NCBI RefSeq assembly: GCF_002310835.1
Contig: NZ_CP011042.1
Coordinates: forward strand, 330,001-362,000
DNA length: 32,000 nt
Reading direction: 5' to 3'
From: Pseudoalteromonas tetraodonis
GTDB lineage: Bacteria; Pseudomonadota; Gammaproteobacteria; Enterobacterales; Alteromonadaceae
Part shown: positions 8,846-17,550 of the stretch, one piece after another
How the letters are laid out: each line of letters starts with the position of its first letter
Numbering within the stretch: position 1 is the stretch's first letter
Position numbers and translations under genes: made by a program
The notes under the pieces: model-generated
Database searches by the model: none
The model's input: the letters and a program-made list of their open reading frames with translations, nothing else
Told to the model about the DNA's origin: nothing

Positions 8846-11200
8846 TTAAAAGTTATGCGTTAGGGTAAGCTTGGCGTTTATTGGTAATTCAGGGAATGCT
8901 AATGTTGCGCCAAAATAGCCGCCTTCAAACACTGGACGCCAGTTATCTTGATTTGTGACGTTGTTCACATCTAATCGCAACTTAGTGCTAGGCGTAAACG
9001 CGTAGCTGGTATTGACGTTTAACGTGTATTGGTCACGAATTTTCACTGTTTGTAAAAAATCTAGCGGGTAACTCTTTGTATATAAAGCTGAAAAACCTGC
9101 CTGCCATTTCTCATTAATTGAATAACTACCATTAACGCTTAACGATTGCTCAGGAATACCTTGTACTTGGCTATTTGAAGGGGCAAACGCTGTATAACTT
9201 GGCGCGCCTATACCATTACCGGCAATAATATCTGGGCGTGAGTTATCAAACGCATCAGCAATTTGCGCCGAGTCTTGGCCAGTCGCAGAGTTATCGTAGC
9301 GTGCGTCAATATAGCTATAACCTGCACTTAACCAATATGGGTAAGCGTCGTAAAATACTTGGCCTTCAAAACCTGAGGTACGAATACCGGTATTGCTGCC
9401 ATCGCGGTTGCGTAAACTACGGCGCTGGCTAAATAGGGCGCCATCAGCATACCAATCGCTGTTGGTAGGCGCATATTTTAAGCCAAATTCTACCAGCGTG
9501 TTTTCGGTTGCAAAGTTTTGCGCACTAATCGTGTTGTCACCACCTAAGGTGTTACCACCGGCCATACTATTTGAAGTCGCTTCGTTGTAACTTGCTGCGC
9601 CGTAACTTGTAAAATCAGTATTGAGCTTGTAATTAAAACTGATTTGGCCAGATTGCAGCGTGTCGTTAATGCTATCACTGGCTGCTGTTTGTCCTTGTGG
9701 CGCTATGGGATCGTGTGCTTCTACATCATAATAATCAAGGCGGTAACCCACACTGGTACGCAGTTTATTTGTCCACTGTGAGTCTTGTTGTATAGCAAAG
9801 CCAGTTTGCCAAGAACGCGAGTCGGTGGTGTCTGATAAGTTAAAATCACCACTGCCATCACCGTTTATATCGTATTGACCACCTGGAGATACAAATACAC
9901 CGGGGCGCAGCTCAACTAAGCGTGCTTTTTGCGCATCGGTTAATGGAATACGACGGTTTGAAAGTGGACCCGTTAAATCAATTGGCGTGTCGGCCTCGGT
10001 GGTAAATTGGCTGTATCCAAGTACTTTGTTGTAGCGCACATCAAAGGCTAAGATAGTCTGCTGTTCATTATTCCATTGATACGTTAGTTCAGTGCGGTTT
10101 TGTGCGGTATCGGCACCATCTATAATTTCAACAAAACTGTTTTGAGCCACTTCATCACGTTTTAAGTGCTGAAAATAACTAATATTTTTAAGCGACGCTT
10201 TATCTGAAAGCTCGCGCTTATAAATACTGTGTAGTAGGTAAGTAGTGGCTTCGTTTTGGTTATCAGGGTCGGTAAGTACGGTGCTGCGATCAATGTTAAC
10301 TAACCCTGTAGGAGATACAATTGAACCCGCTGCGGGTACTGTGCTGCCGTTTGCTTGAACGCCTTGGCCGGTAATGTAAAGACCATGGTCGATGAGTGCT
10401 TGAGTAGGGCGGTTAATACCGGCGTTGTCGGTAAACTCAACCTGATATAGCTCAAAGTTAATATCCCAGCTGCTTTTATCATCAGGCAATACTCGCAGTG
10501 CTGCAAAAAGACTGTCACTTTTAGTCCCTGAGTAATCGTAGTAGCTTCCATGATCAAGGTGTTCATAACTCACACGAAAACCAATTTTGTCTTTTACAAT
10601 CGGTGCGGTGTAATCAAGCTGAGCGGTGTATTGATCCCAACGACCCGCAGAGAGCTTCGCTTTACCTTTGTGTTCTTCAGTGGAGGCTTGCTTAGAGTGT
10701 AAATTTACAAAACCACCATTGCGCTGGCTTGAACCAAACAATACTGGAGGAGCGCCTTTAACTACATCTATTTGTTCTACCGCGTTAAATGATAACGGCA
10801 CACCAAAGCCGTTATTACCTGCTTGGCGACGAGTTCCATCTTGAAAAAGCTCACCTAATTGGCCACGAATAGTGGGTAAGCTTGGTGCACCAAAGCCACT
10901 GGCGGCATACGTATTAGGGCTCACAGCAAGTACATCTTGCAAGGTGGTAATGTTAAGTTGTTCTATTAGCTCTTTTGAAATAGGCGTGACTGAACGTGCT
11001 ATATCTTGCAGTGCTAAATTATCGCCAAAGGGGCCATTTATGGTTGCATCTTTAACAGAAAGTCCTTGAGAATTTAAACTTTGGCCCGCTACTTCAATAC
11101 GCTCTATGGCATTTTCTGTTACAGGCTTTGTTGTAGCAAAAGCAATAGCGGGTGTATTTAATAAAGCGGCTATAGATACGGCCAAGGATGAATATTTCAA
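8846..11200 (-). CDS. TonB-dependent outer membrane receptor
   Basis: 784 aa with a signal peptide (AALLNTPAIAFA), plug-domain-like N terminus (IERIEVAG...), a long Gly/Tyr/Asn-rich beta-barrel region and a C-terminal aromatic residue (LTHNF). TTG start at 11200. Confidence 0.9.
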   Translation of the reverse strand: MKYSSLAVSIAALLNTPAIAFATTKPVTENAIERIEVAGQSLNSQGLSVKDATINGPFGDNLALQDIARSVTPISKELIEQLNITTLQDVLAVSPNTYAASGFGAPSLPTIRGQLGELFQDGTRRQAGNNGFGVPLSFNAVEQIDVVKGAPPVLFGSSQRNGGFVNLHSKQASTEEHKGKAKLSAGRWDQYTAQLDYTAPIVKDKIGFRVSYEHLDHGSYYDYSGTKSDSLFAALRVLPDDKSSWDINFELYQVEFTDNAGINRPTQALIDHGLYITGQGVQANGSTVPAAGSIVSPTGLVNIDRSTVLTDPDNQNEATTYLLHSIYKRELSDKASLKNISYFQHLKRDEVAQNSFVEIIDGADTAQNRTELTYQWNNEQQTILAFDVRYNKVLGYSQFTTEADTPIDLTGPLSNRRIPLTDAQKARLVELRPGVFVSPGGQYDINGDGSGDFNLSDTTDSRSWQTGFAIQQDSQWTNKLRTSVGYRLDYYDVEAHDPIAPQGQTAASDSINDTLQSGQISFNYKLNTDFTSYGAASYNEATSNSMAGGNTLGGDNTISAQNFATENTLVEFGLKYAPTNSDWYADGALFSQRRSLRNRDGSNTGIRTSGFEGQVFYDAYPYWLSAGYSYIDARYDNSATGQDSAQIADAFDNSRPDIIAGNGIGAPSYTAFAPSNSQVQGIPEQSLSVNGSYSINEKWQAGFSALYTKSYPLDFLQTVKIRDQYTLNVNTSYAFTPSTKLRLDVNNVTNQDNWRPVFEGGYFGATLAFPELPINAKLTLTHNF

Positions 11201-11272
11201 ACGTTTTCTCTCTGTAATTGTATGTTGATGGTTATAAAAGACCGAAAGGCTTAAAAATAACTTTCAGCAATT

Positions 11273-11286
11273 TAACAATATTGTTA
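11273..11286. promoter_or_regulatory. Perfect 14-bp palindrome TAACAATATTGTTA in the promoter region of the TonB-receptor operon (operator candidate)
   Basis: Read directly. It lies 73-86 nt upstream of the receptor start, in the divergent intergenic region shared with the ORF at 11432. Confidence 0.25.
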
Positions 11287-11431
11287 TTTATTAAAATATT
11301 AAAAATAGCTGCTTTGTTAATCGATTTATTAAACAAGCTTAACAGCTATTTACAATTATTATGAAATAAAAGGGAGTTTGTACGGTCTTTATTGCTTATT
11401 AGTTTATTTATATCTTTTTTAAGGAAATTTT

Positions 11432-11845
11432 ATGACAGGTTCAATGAATACTGATGTACAAAATCGTTTGCAGTGGTCTTTATTATCGCTTCGGTGTGGG
11501 GTGTTTATAGTGATGGTAATGTGGACGCTAGATAAATTTGTAAATCCGGGGCATAGCGCCCGTATTTTTGAACATTTTTATGGGATCAGTGGCTCTACCG
11601 ATACTATTGCTTATATTTTAGGTGCACTGCAATTATTGCTAGTAATAGCATTTTTGGTCGGTATTAAAAAACGTATTACTTACGGTGCTATTTTTATAAT
11701 GCATGGTTTATCTACGCTTTCTTCATATAATCAATACATTGATGGCTTTAATAATTTACTGTTTTTTGCGGCGTGGCCTATGTGGGCTGCGTGTTTTGCG
11801 CTTTATTTATTACGCGATCAAGACGTAAAATTTACGATTAAATAA
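11432..11845 (+). CDS. Small integral membrane protein, function unknown
   Basis: 137-aa ORF with four hydrophobic segments. Good SD (AAGGA) 7 nt upstream of the ATG. Confidence 0.6.
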   Translation: MTGSMNTDVQNRLQWSLLSLRCGVFIVMVMWTLDKFVNPGHSARIFEHFYGISGSTDTIAYILGALQLLLVIAFLVGIKKRITYGAIFIMHGLSTLSSYNQYIDGFNNLLFFAAWPMWAACFALYLLRDQDVKFTIK

Positions 11846-12204
11846 TAAAGGCAAAAAAAATGGTTATAAGCGTTAGCCTATAACCAATAAAGTACACAGG
11901 GAGTGTAGGAAGTTCTGTTGTACGCAGTAAACGGTTAGTTACCCATTTACTGTGTGTCATCAAAAGCGCTTATTGGCGCTTTTAATCAAATAAAGTGGAC
12001 TGTAATAAATACTTATTTTTATAAAAGCAAAGCTAATGCCAACTTTTAATGTATTGAAATATATAACTATTTATTATTTATAAGTAGAGGCTTTGCATAA
12101 TGCAGGTAAATTTTTCTATATTGCAACGGTAAAGGTTACCGACTTTGCAATATAAAAAAATGGCAAGGCTTTTTAAAACAGAGGGGAGTTTTAGTATCGC
12201 TGAT

Positions 12205-13896
12205 TTAAAAATCAGCGGCTACTTCAAATTCTAAACGTTGATGAGAAATAGGGTGGGTGAAGGCTAAATACTCGGCATGTAAATGTAAGCGCTCTGCCTC
12301 TTCACCATAATGAGTATCGCCAACTATCGGGGTATTTAAACCTAATTGATGAGCGCAATGTACCCGTAACTGATGTGTACGCCCTGTTTTAGGGTATAAC
12401 TGCAGTCGGGTGGTGTTGTTTTTGCGCTCCAGTACATGCCATGTTGTTAACGACGGTTTACCGGTTTTATAACACACCATTTGGCGTGGTTTATCATCAA
12501 AGTCGAGCACAAGAGGTAAATTAATCACTCCGCTATTCTCAGTAATATTGCCCGCCACTAAAGCAACGTAACGCTTTTCAATTGTGCGTTCAATAAACTG
12601 TTTTTGCAGCGCTTTATGCGCGCGCTTATTAAGCGCAATAATTAACAGCCCTGAGGTCGACATATCTAACCGATGCACAATAAGTGGGCCAGAAGCCGCG
12701 GGGAACTGAGTTTTTATACGCATGTACACTGAATCATCAATATTAATCCCTGGCACCGATAAAAACTCCGCGGGTTTGTTTATTACCAGTAAATCATCGT
12801 CTTGATAAACAATAGTTAAGTCTTTTCCTTTTGCAGGGTTTGTTAGTAATGGATTTTCTTCAACATTTAAGCCTTTTAGCATATGACCTAAAATGGGTTG
12901 GCATTTGCTATAACACGATGGGTAATAATGTAAGTGATGCCTAATTGCTGATTTAGGCGGTGCACCCCACCAAAATTCGGCCATAGCCACTGGTTTTAAA
13001 TCGTGCTTGTATGCATATTGTAATAATTTAGGGGCGGCGCAATCCCCCGCTCCCGAAGGTGGAGTGTGCTCAGGAAGTTTGGCAAAAATAGCATTCAGAT
13101 CGGTCACTTCACCGTGTGCATTTAAAAATTGGTATTGAGCAAATAATTTCTTTTGTAGGTTTTTTGAGAGTGTTTTGCGGCGCTTTTTTAATCCGTTAAT
13201 TTCACCCAGCATAGCTGCTTGGGTTTGCTCAAGCGCTGTAATTTGCGTTTGCCAGTCTTGCTTTAATGCCTGCAGTTGTTTTTTCTCAACAATACTTTGC
13301 CCAGCTAAGGTTGTTTTAAGTTGTTCAAAGTCATCGGCATTGAGTTGCTCTTGGCCAGTTTGGCGTTGCTCTTTTCGCTGTTTGCGGGTCACTTGCATGG
13401 CTTGTTGTTTGGCTACAAGTTGCTGTTCATAATTTTTACGTGCTGTAGCTAATTGCTGCTCAAGGGCTTGATAATCTTCACTGTTTTCTAATGCCGTAAT
13501 TTGCGCATTAATGGCGTTAATGATTTGGCTTTGCTGACTAAATACAGCATCGTCTATGTGTTTAAGTGCCACATTAGGTGCAAAATTCAGTTGCTCATCT
13601 ATGCCCGCTATTTGCCCCGAATAGGCGCTAATAAATCCCAGTTGTTGCGCCTGATTTTGAACGACGAGCACACCAAACATTTTACCCGCATCAATATCAT
13701 CCGTATCTAAAATAGCCTTATCTAGCTTTTTTAATTGCTGTTGTAATTGCTGTGCAGCGACAACGGCCAAAGGGTGCGGTTTATAATAAAATGGAAATGT
13801 AAACTGCTCAGGCAGAGCAAGGGAATCGACGTTTTCATCAAAAACGGTAAAGCAGCTAGCAGGGTTTGACATGGCAGTAAAATTAGCAGTTAACAA
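12205..13896 (-). CDS. RluA-family pseudouridine synthase with a ~355-aa N-terminal extension
   Basis: The C-terminal ~200 aa carry RluA-family motifs (VINKPAEFLSVPG, catalytic HRLDMSTSGLL, GRTHQLRVH). The N-terminal part contains a Q/K/E-rich coiled-coil segment and a Cys/His cluster. Confidence 0.85.
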   Translation of the reverse strand: MLTANFTAMSNPASCFTVFDENVDSLALPEQFTFPFYYKPHPLAVVAAQQLQQQLKKLDKAILDTDDIDAGKMFGVLVVQNQAQQLGFISAYSGQIAGIDEQLNFAPNVALKHIDDAVFSQQSQIINAINAQITALENSEDYQALEQQLATARKNYEQQLVAKQQAMQVTRKQRKEQRQTGQEQLNADDFEQLKTTLAGQSIVEKKQLQALKQDWQTQITALEQTQAAMLGEINGLKKRRKTLSKNLQKKLFAQYQFLNAHGEVTDLNAIFAKLPEHTPPSGAGDCAAPKLLQYAYKHDLKPVAMAEFWWGAPPKSAIRHHLHYYPSCYSKCQPILGHMLKGLNVEENPLLTNPAKGKDLTIVYQDDDLLVINKPAEFLSVPGINIDDSVYMRIKTQFPAASGPLIVHRLDMSTSGLLIIALNKRAHKALQKQFIERTIEKRYVALVAGNITENSGVINLPLVLDFDDKPRQMVCYKTGKPSLTTWHVLERKNNTTRLQLYPKTGRTHQLRVHCAHQLGLNTPIVGDTHYGEEAERLHLHAEYLAFTHPISHQRLEFEVAADF

Positions 13897-13967
13897 AATA
13901 ATTGCCGAGAGTTTAACATAAGCTGTGCTATGTCACTAAGGATGCGTGCTCGCCAATTTAGACCTAT

Positions 13968-13999
13968 AAAAAAGGCCAACATTTTTATGTTGGCCTTTT
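13968..13999 (-). terminator. Rho-independent (bidirectional-type) terminator downstream of the S9 peptidase gene
   Basis: A6-GGCCAACAT-TTTT-ATGTTGGCC-T4: a perfect 9-bp GC-containing stem extendable by flanking A/T pairs. It lies 25 nt after the stop at 14024. Confidence 0.75.
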
Positions 14000-14023
14000 A
14001 AAATTAAACGCGTTTATAAGTGC

Positions 14024-16072
14024 TTATTTATTTGCGTCTTTGACTTCTTTTAACTTAGCAGCATGGTCAATTTCAAACGCAGGCATCTCTTTTTTGCCTT
14101 CCATTAAATAGTTGTCCATCCAGCGCATTAAACGCAAGCTGTAGTCGTATTGCGCTGCCACTTTACGGTTACCATGACCTTCACCTGGGTAATAAACAAG
14201 ACGTACATCCTTACCTTGCACTTTCATGTAGCGGTAAAGCTCCATAGATTGTGCAGGGTGAACGCGAGGGTCGTCTTTACCGTGCATAATAAGCAGAGGT
14301 GTTTCAGATTGGCCTGCCCAGTAAATAGGGCTGCGTTCTAAGTACCACTGCCATTTATCCCATGGGTATGAACGCGCATGAACTAGGTTCATTTCGTTAG
14401 AAATATCAGTAGTACCAAATTTAGACAGTTGGTTGGTGACACCCACAAACATAACGCTTGCAGCAAAGTGTTTGGTTAGTTTTGTTGCGCCCCACGCCGA
14501 TGCATAACCACCGTAAGATCCCCCAGTAATACCAACACGTTTAGTGTCTACTAAACCCATATCAACAAGGTGATTTTTAAAATCAACTAAATCGTCAAAC
14601 TCTTTACCTGCGTAATCGTTTTGGCCTAATTTTGAGTAATCTACGCCTTTACCTGTAGAGCCTCGGTAGTTGGGATAAAACACCGCATAGCCACGTGCTG
14701 CACCCATTTGACCTGGGCGTGAGTAGTTAGTGACCCAGCCGTCTTTATCATGGCTTTCAGGGCCACCGTGTACCGACATAATCAGTGGGTAGCGTGTGCC
14801 TTTTTCATAATCTAATGGGTAAACGAGCACGCCATCAAGCTCAACGCCGTCGCGTGCTTTAAGGGTAATGGTTTCTTGCTTGGCAAAGCGTTTATCATTT
14901 AACCAGCTATTTGAATCGGTTAAACGTGTTGCTTTATTACTGCGCACAATAAACACTTCGTTAGGGTGTTTTGCGGTATTACCACGAAGTGCGAGTGTTT
15001 TATCTGAATCTGAAACACTCAATTGTGAGGCAATAAATTCACCTTCGTTGACTAATTTTTTGTATTTATTAGAGCCCGTTTTAATGCTCGCTACAAAACT
15101 TTGCGTGCCTACATTGGCAATAAAGTTAAGTGTATTACGCTTATGCGACCATTCAAAATCAACAACGTGACCCATAAAGTCAGGTAACCATTCAGTGATT
15201 TCAGCGGTTTTAGTGTCAGCAATAAATAAGCGGCCTGTTGCAGGGTCGTGCTTATCTTCTGCACCTAAAATAGCAATGTATTTACCATCATGCGACAGCT
15301 CTGCATCACCTAGCTTGCCTTCAGTTTTAAACGATAAGGTTACTTTATTGCTAGCAATATCAAACAAATGCCACATAGATTTTGTGTATTTATCATCAAT
15401 CAGTGCCGTGGGTTGAGTTTTAACCAGTAGCTTTTCACCATTAGCAGCCCAATTAACGTCACTCACGTAGTTATCAACGTTGAGTGCGGTGGGGGTAAGT
15501 GGTTTATCCGCTTTAGCTAAGTCAACAATAAAAAGCTGCTTGTTCTTTAAGCCCATTTCATATACTTCAGCTTTAAACCCAAGTTTTTTAAGTTCTTTTT
15601 CTGACTTGTCTGCTGCAGGCATCGCTAAAATAGCCACCTGTTTGTTGTCTGGGCTTAATTTGTAGCTTGAAATTGATGTGTCTTTTAAAGCAAGAACAGG
15701 TTGTGCTTGGCCGCCATCAACAGGGATTTGATATAACGAGGTAAATTTATCGTCTTTTAGCTTGGCTAAAAAATAAATTGTTTTACTGTCGTTTGACCAT
15801 TCTATGCTTTTAATATTAACCGAGCCGGTAATGAAAGGACGTTCAACGCCTTTATCATCAACAACATAAAGCTCACTGTAATTACTGCCATTCTCATCAA
15901 CATATAATGTACGCGGTAACGATCGTGTAAACGCAACGTTGTCGCCATCTGGGCTAACACTGGTTTGGATCACAGATTTAATTTTTGGAATGTCTTCAAC
16001 AGTGATGGCCGATTGCGCAAATGCAACTGAGCTTGAAAGCCCAATTGCCAGCGCTAAGCTAGTTTTTAGCAT
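14024..16072 (-). CDS. S9 family serine peptidase (prolyl oligopeptidase / dipeptidyl-aminopeptidase type), exported
   Basis: 682 aa with a signal peptide, a beta-propeller-like N-terminal half, and a C-terminal alpha/beta hydrolase domain with nucleophile motif GGSYGGY, then HGKDDPRV and GEGHG (Asp/His of the triad). Confidence 0.9.
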   Translation of the reverse strand: MLKTSLALAIGLSSSVAFAQSAITVEDIPKIKSVIQTSVSPDGDNVAFTRSLPRTLYVDENGSNYSELYVVDDKGVERPFITGSVNIKSIEWSNDSKTIYFLAKLKDDKFTSLYQIPVDGGQAQPVLALKDTSISSYKLSPDNKQVAILAMPAADKSEKELKKLGFKAEVYEMGLKNKQLFIVDLAKADKPLTPTALNVDNYVSDVNWAANGEKLLVKTQPTALIDDKYTKSMWHLFDIASNKVTLSFKTEGKLGDAELSHDGKYIAILGAEDKHDPATGRLFIADTKTAEITEWLPDFMGHVVDFEWSHKRNTLNFIANVGTQSFVASIKTGSNKYKKLVNEGEFIASQLSVSDSDKTLALRGNTAKHPNEVFIVRSNKATRLTDSNSWLNDKRFAKQETITLKARDGVELDGVLVYPLDYEKGTRYPLIMSVHGGPESHDKDGWVTNYSRPGQMGAARGYAVFYPNYRGSTGKGVDYSKLGQNDYAGKEFDDLVDFKNHLVDMGLVDTKRVGITGGSYGGYASAWGATKLTKHFAASVMFVGVTNQLSKFGTTDISNEMNLVHARSYPWDKWQWYLERSPIYWAGQSETPLLIMHGKDDPRVHPAQSMELYRYMKVQGKDVRLVYYPGEGHGNRKVAAQYDYSLRLMRWMDNYLMEGKKEMPAFEIDHAAKLKEVKDANK

Positions 16073-16200
16073 TGTTATTTCCTTTGCTTTATAAGATTTA
16101 CCTCATTATAACAATGTGTAACCAATATACTAAAAAATGCGATTAATCCTCAAAAGAGGACGTTAAGTGAAGTGATTCTTGTGCAATACCGCGCATACAT

Positions 16201-17427
16201 TTATAGACTCTTTTTAGGAGGGAGCGCCACGTTTGCAAAAATAAGTCCTGCCACGAGCGACATAAAAATTAAAAACGTTTGCTGTCCAATATGCTCAGCG
16301 TAAACAAAGTCTTGGCCTTCAATGAGTGAGTTTAAACCTATGTACGTTTTGCTCCCCGGTACCAACACAATTAAGCCTTGCATAGCTACAATGGAAGCAG
16401 GGGCATTAGCAACTCGATTAAATAAGTTACTAAATACGCCCACTGAAAATGCGCCAACAAAGGTACCTAGCGTGTAATCTAAATACATGGCAGAGCCAAT
16501 ACTGGTGCCGTAGGCTATAAATCCTGAAGCAATAGACCAAGCAGCATGTTTAAACTTAGTTCTAAATATCACAATTAAGCTGCTACATAGTAAAAATATA
16601 GCCAACCAAGCTGTCCATTTAGGCAGTGGCTCTGGCTGTACAAAATCAGCTTGACCAAAAATAGCAAAGCCAATAGCAATACCAATAAATGCACCAAAAT
16701 AAAGTTTAAACAGCAACATAAACGAGTCCATAACGCGTGCTGTGCCAGATACTAAATGCCGCGCTGCGAGTTCAGCTAAACCAAGTGCCAGTGCTAGGCC
16801 TGGAATAAACACAATAATGGCCGACAGAACAATTAAACGAATATTAATATGCGCATCTAAATGAACGCTAATGGCACACGCCAGTACCGCTGAAACAATC
16901 GCCACTAAGGGTTCTAACATGTGGGCAACGCGCTTGGAACGAGCCGACCACAGCACAAATAAATAAACAACAAAGGTTAATAAACCAGACCACAGCACGT
17001 CATTCCAACTGGTGCCCATAAGCATTGCAAATGCGCCGCCAGAGGTAGCAAAGGCAATACCTGTAATCACTCTATTGTAAGGGTTTGGGGCATCAAAAAT
17101 GATATCAAGTTGCTGATCAACTTCTTGCAACGTTAATTCATCATTAAGCATTTTATTAACGAGATCATCGGTATCTGCAAGTGAGCCTAAGTCGTGATCG
17201 CCAGGGTCTACACGGGCTACATGGGTGTATTCATCTTCATGACCATCAGTCCAAATAACAAAGGTAACCGATGTTGGCGACATGACAAACGATGATTTAA
17301 GACCAAGGTAAGTCGCCACTTCCATTAAATGGGCTTCTAAGCGATATGCCGGTGTACCGTACTTATGAAGCATTTTGCCCAATTTAACGATAAATTTGCG
17401 TTTTTCTGTAAACGTTGCGGTTTTCAA
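16201..17427 (-). CDS. ThrE-family (YjjP/YjjB-type fusion) threonine/serine exporter family protein
   Basis: 408 aa. The N-terminal soluble segment KLGKMLHKYGTPAYRLEAHLMEVATYLGL is typical of the ThrE/DUF1212 family. About 10 TM segments follow. Confidence 0.8.
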   Translation of the reverse strand: MKTATFTEKRKFIVKLGKMLHKYGTPAYRLEAHLMEVATYLGLKSSFVMSPTSVTFVIWTDGHEDEYTHVARVDPGDHDLGSLADTDDLVNKMLNDELTLQEVDQQLDIIFDAPNPYNRVITGIAFATSGGAFAMLMGTSWNDVLWSGLLTFVVYLFVLWSARSKRVAHMLEPLVAIVSAVLACAISVHLDAHINIRLIVLSAIIVFIPGLALALGLAELAARHLVSGTARVMDSFMLLFKLYFGAFIGIAIGFAIFGQADFVQPEPLPKWTAWLAIFLLCSSLIVIFRTKFKHAAWSIASGFIAYGTSIGSAMYLDYTLGTFVGAFSVGVFSNLFNRVANAPASIVAMQGLIVLVPGSKTYIGLNSLIEGQDFVYAEHIGQQTFLIFMSLVAGLIFANVALPPKKSL

Positions 17428-17550
17428 ATTTGTTTTGAACCAACTATTAAATAACTAAGCTAAAAATATAGGCAATAATGCTAAAATTGCCCAAGTTTAT
17501 TTGCGGCGATTTTAAACACAAATCGCCGTCTGTCTAGTCATTTCTCACCG

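Noticed and set aside
970-11069. Many short (61-105 aa) ORFs nested inside the eight-gene operon: 970-1167, 2257-2463, 2373-2624, 2994-3230, 3732-3923, 4299-4556, 4946-5263, 5369-5566, 6082-6303, 6802-7005, 7294-7506, 7583-7783, 9238-9432, 9393-9590, 10300-10566, 10872-11069
   Set aside because: All are fully embedded, antisense or out of frame, in long ORFs with clear family motifs. Their translations are Ser/Cys/Leu/Arg-rich shadow-frame sequences with no ribosome-binding context that I could see.
11273-11292. Possible Fur box upstream of the TonB-dependent receptor
   Set aside because: My hand alignment to GATAATGATAATCATTATC gives only about 10/19 matches. I kept it as a generic palindrome and did not call it a Fur site.
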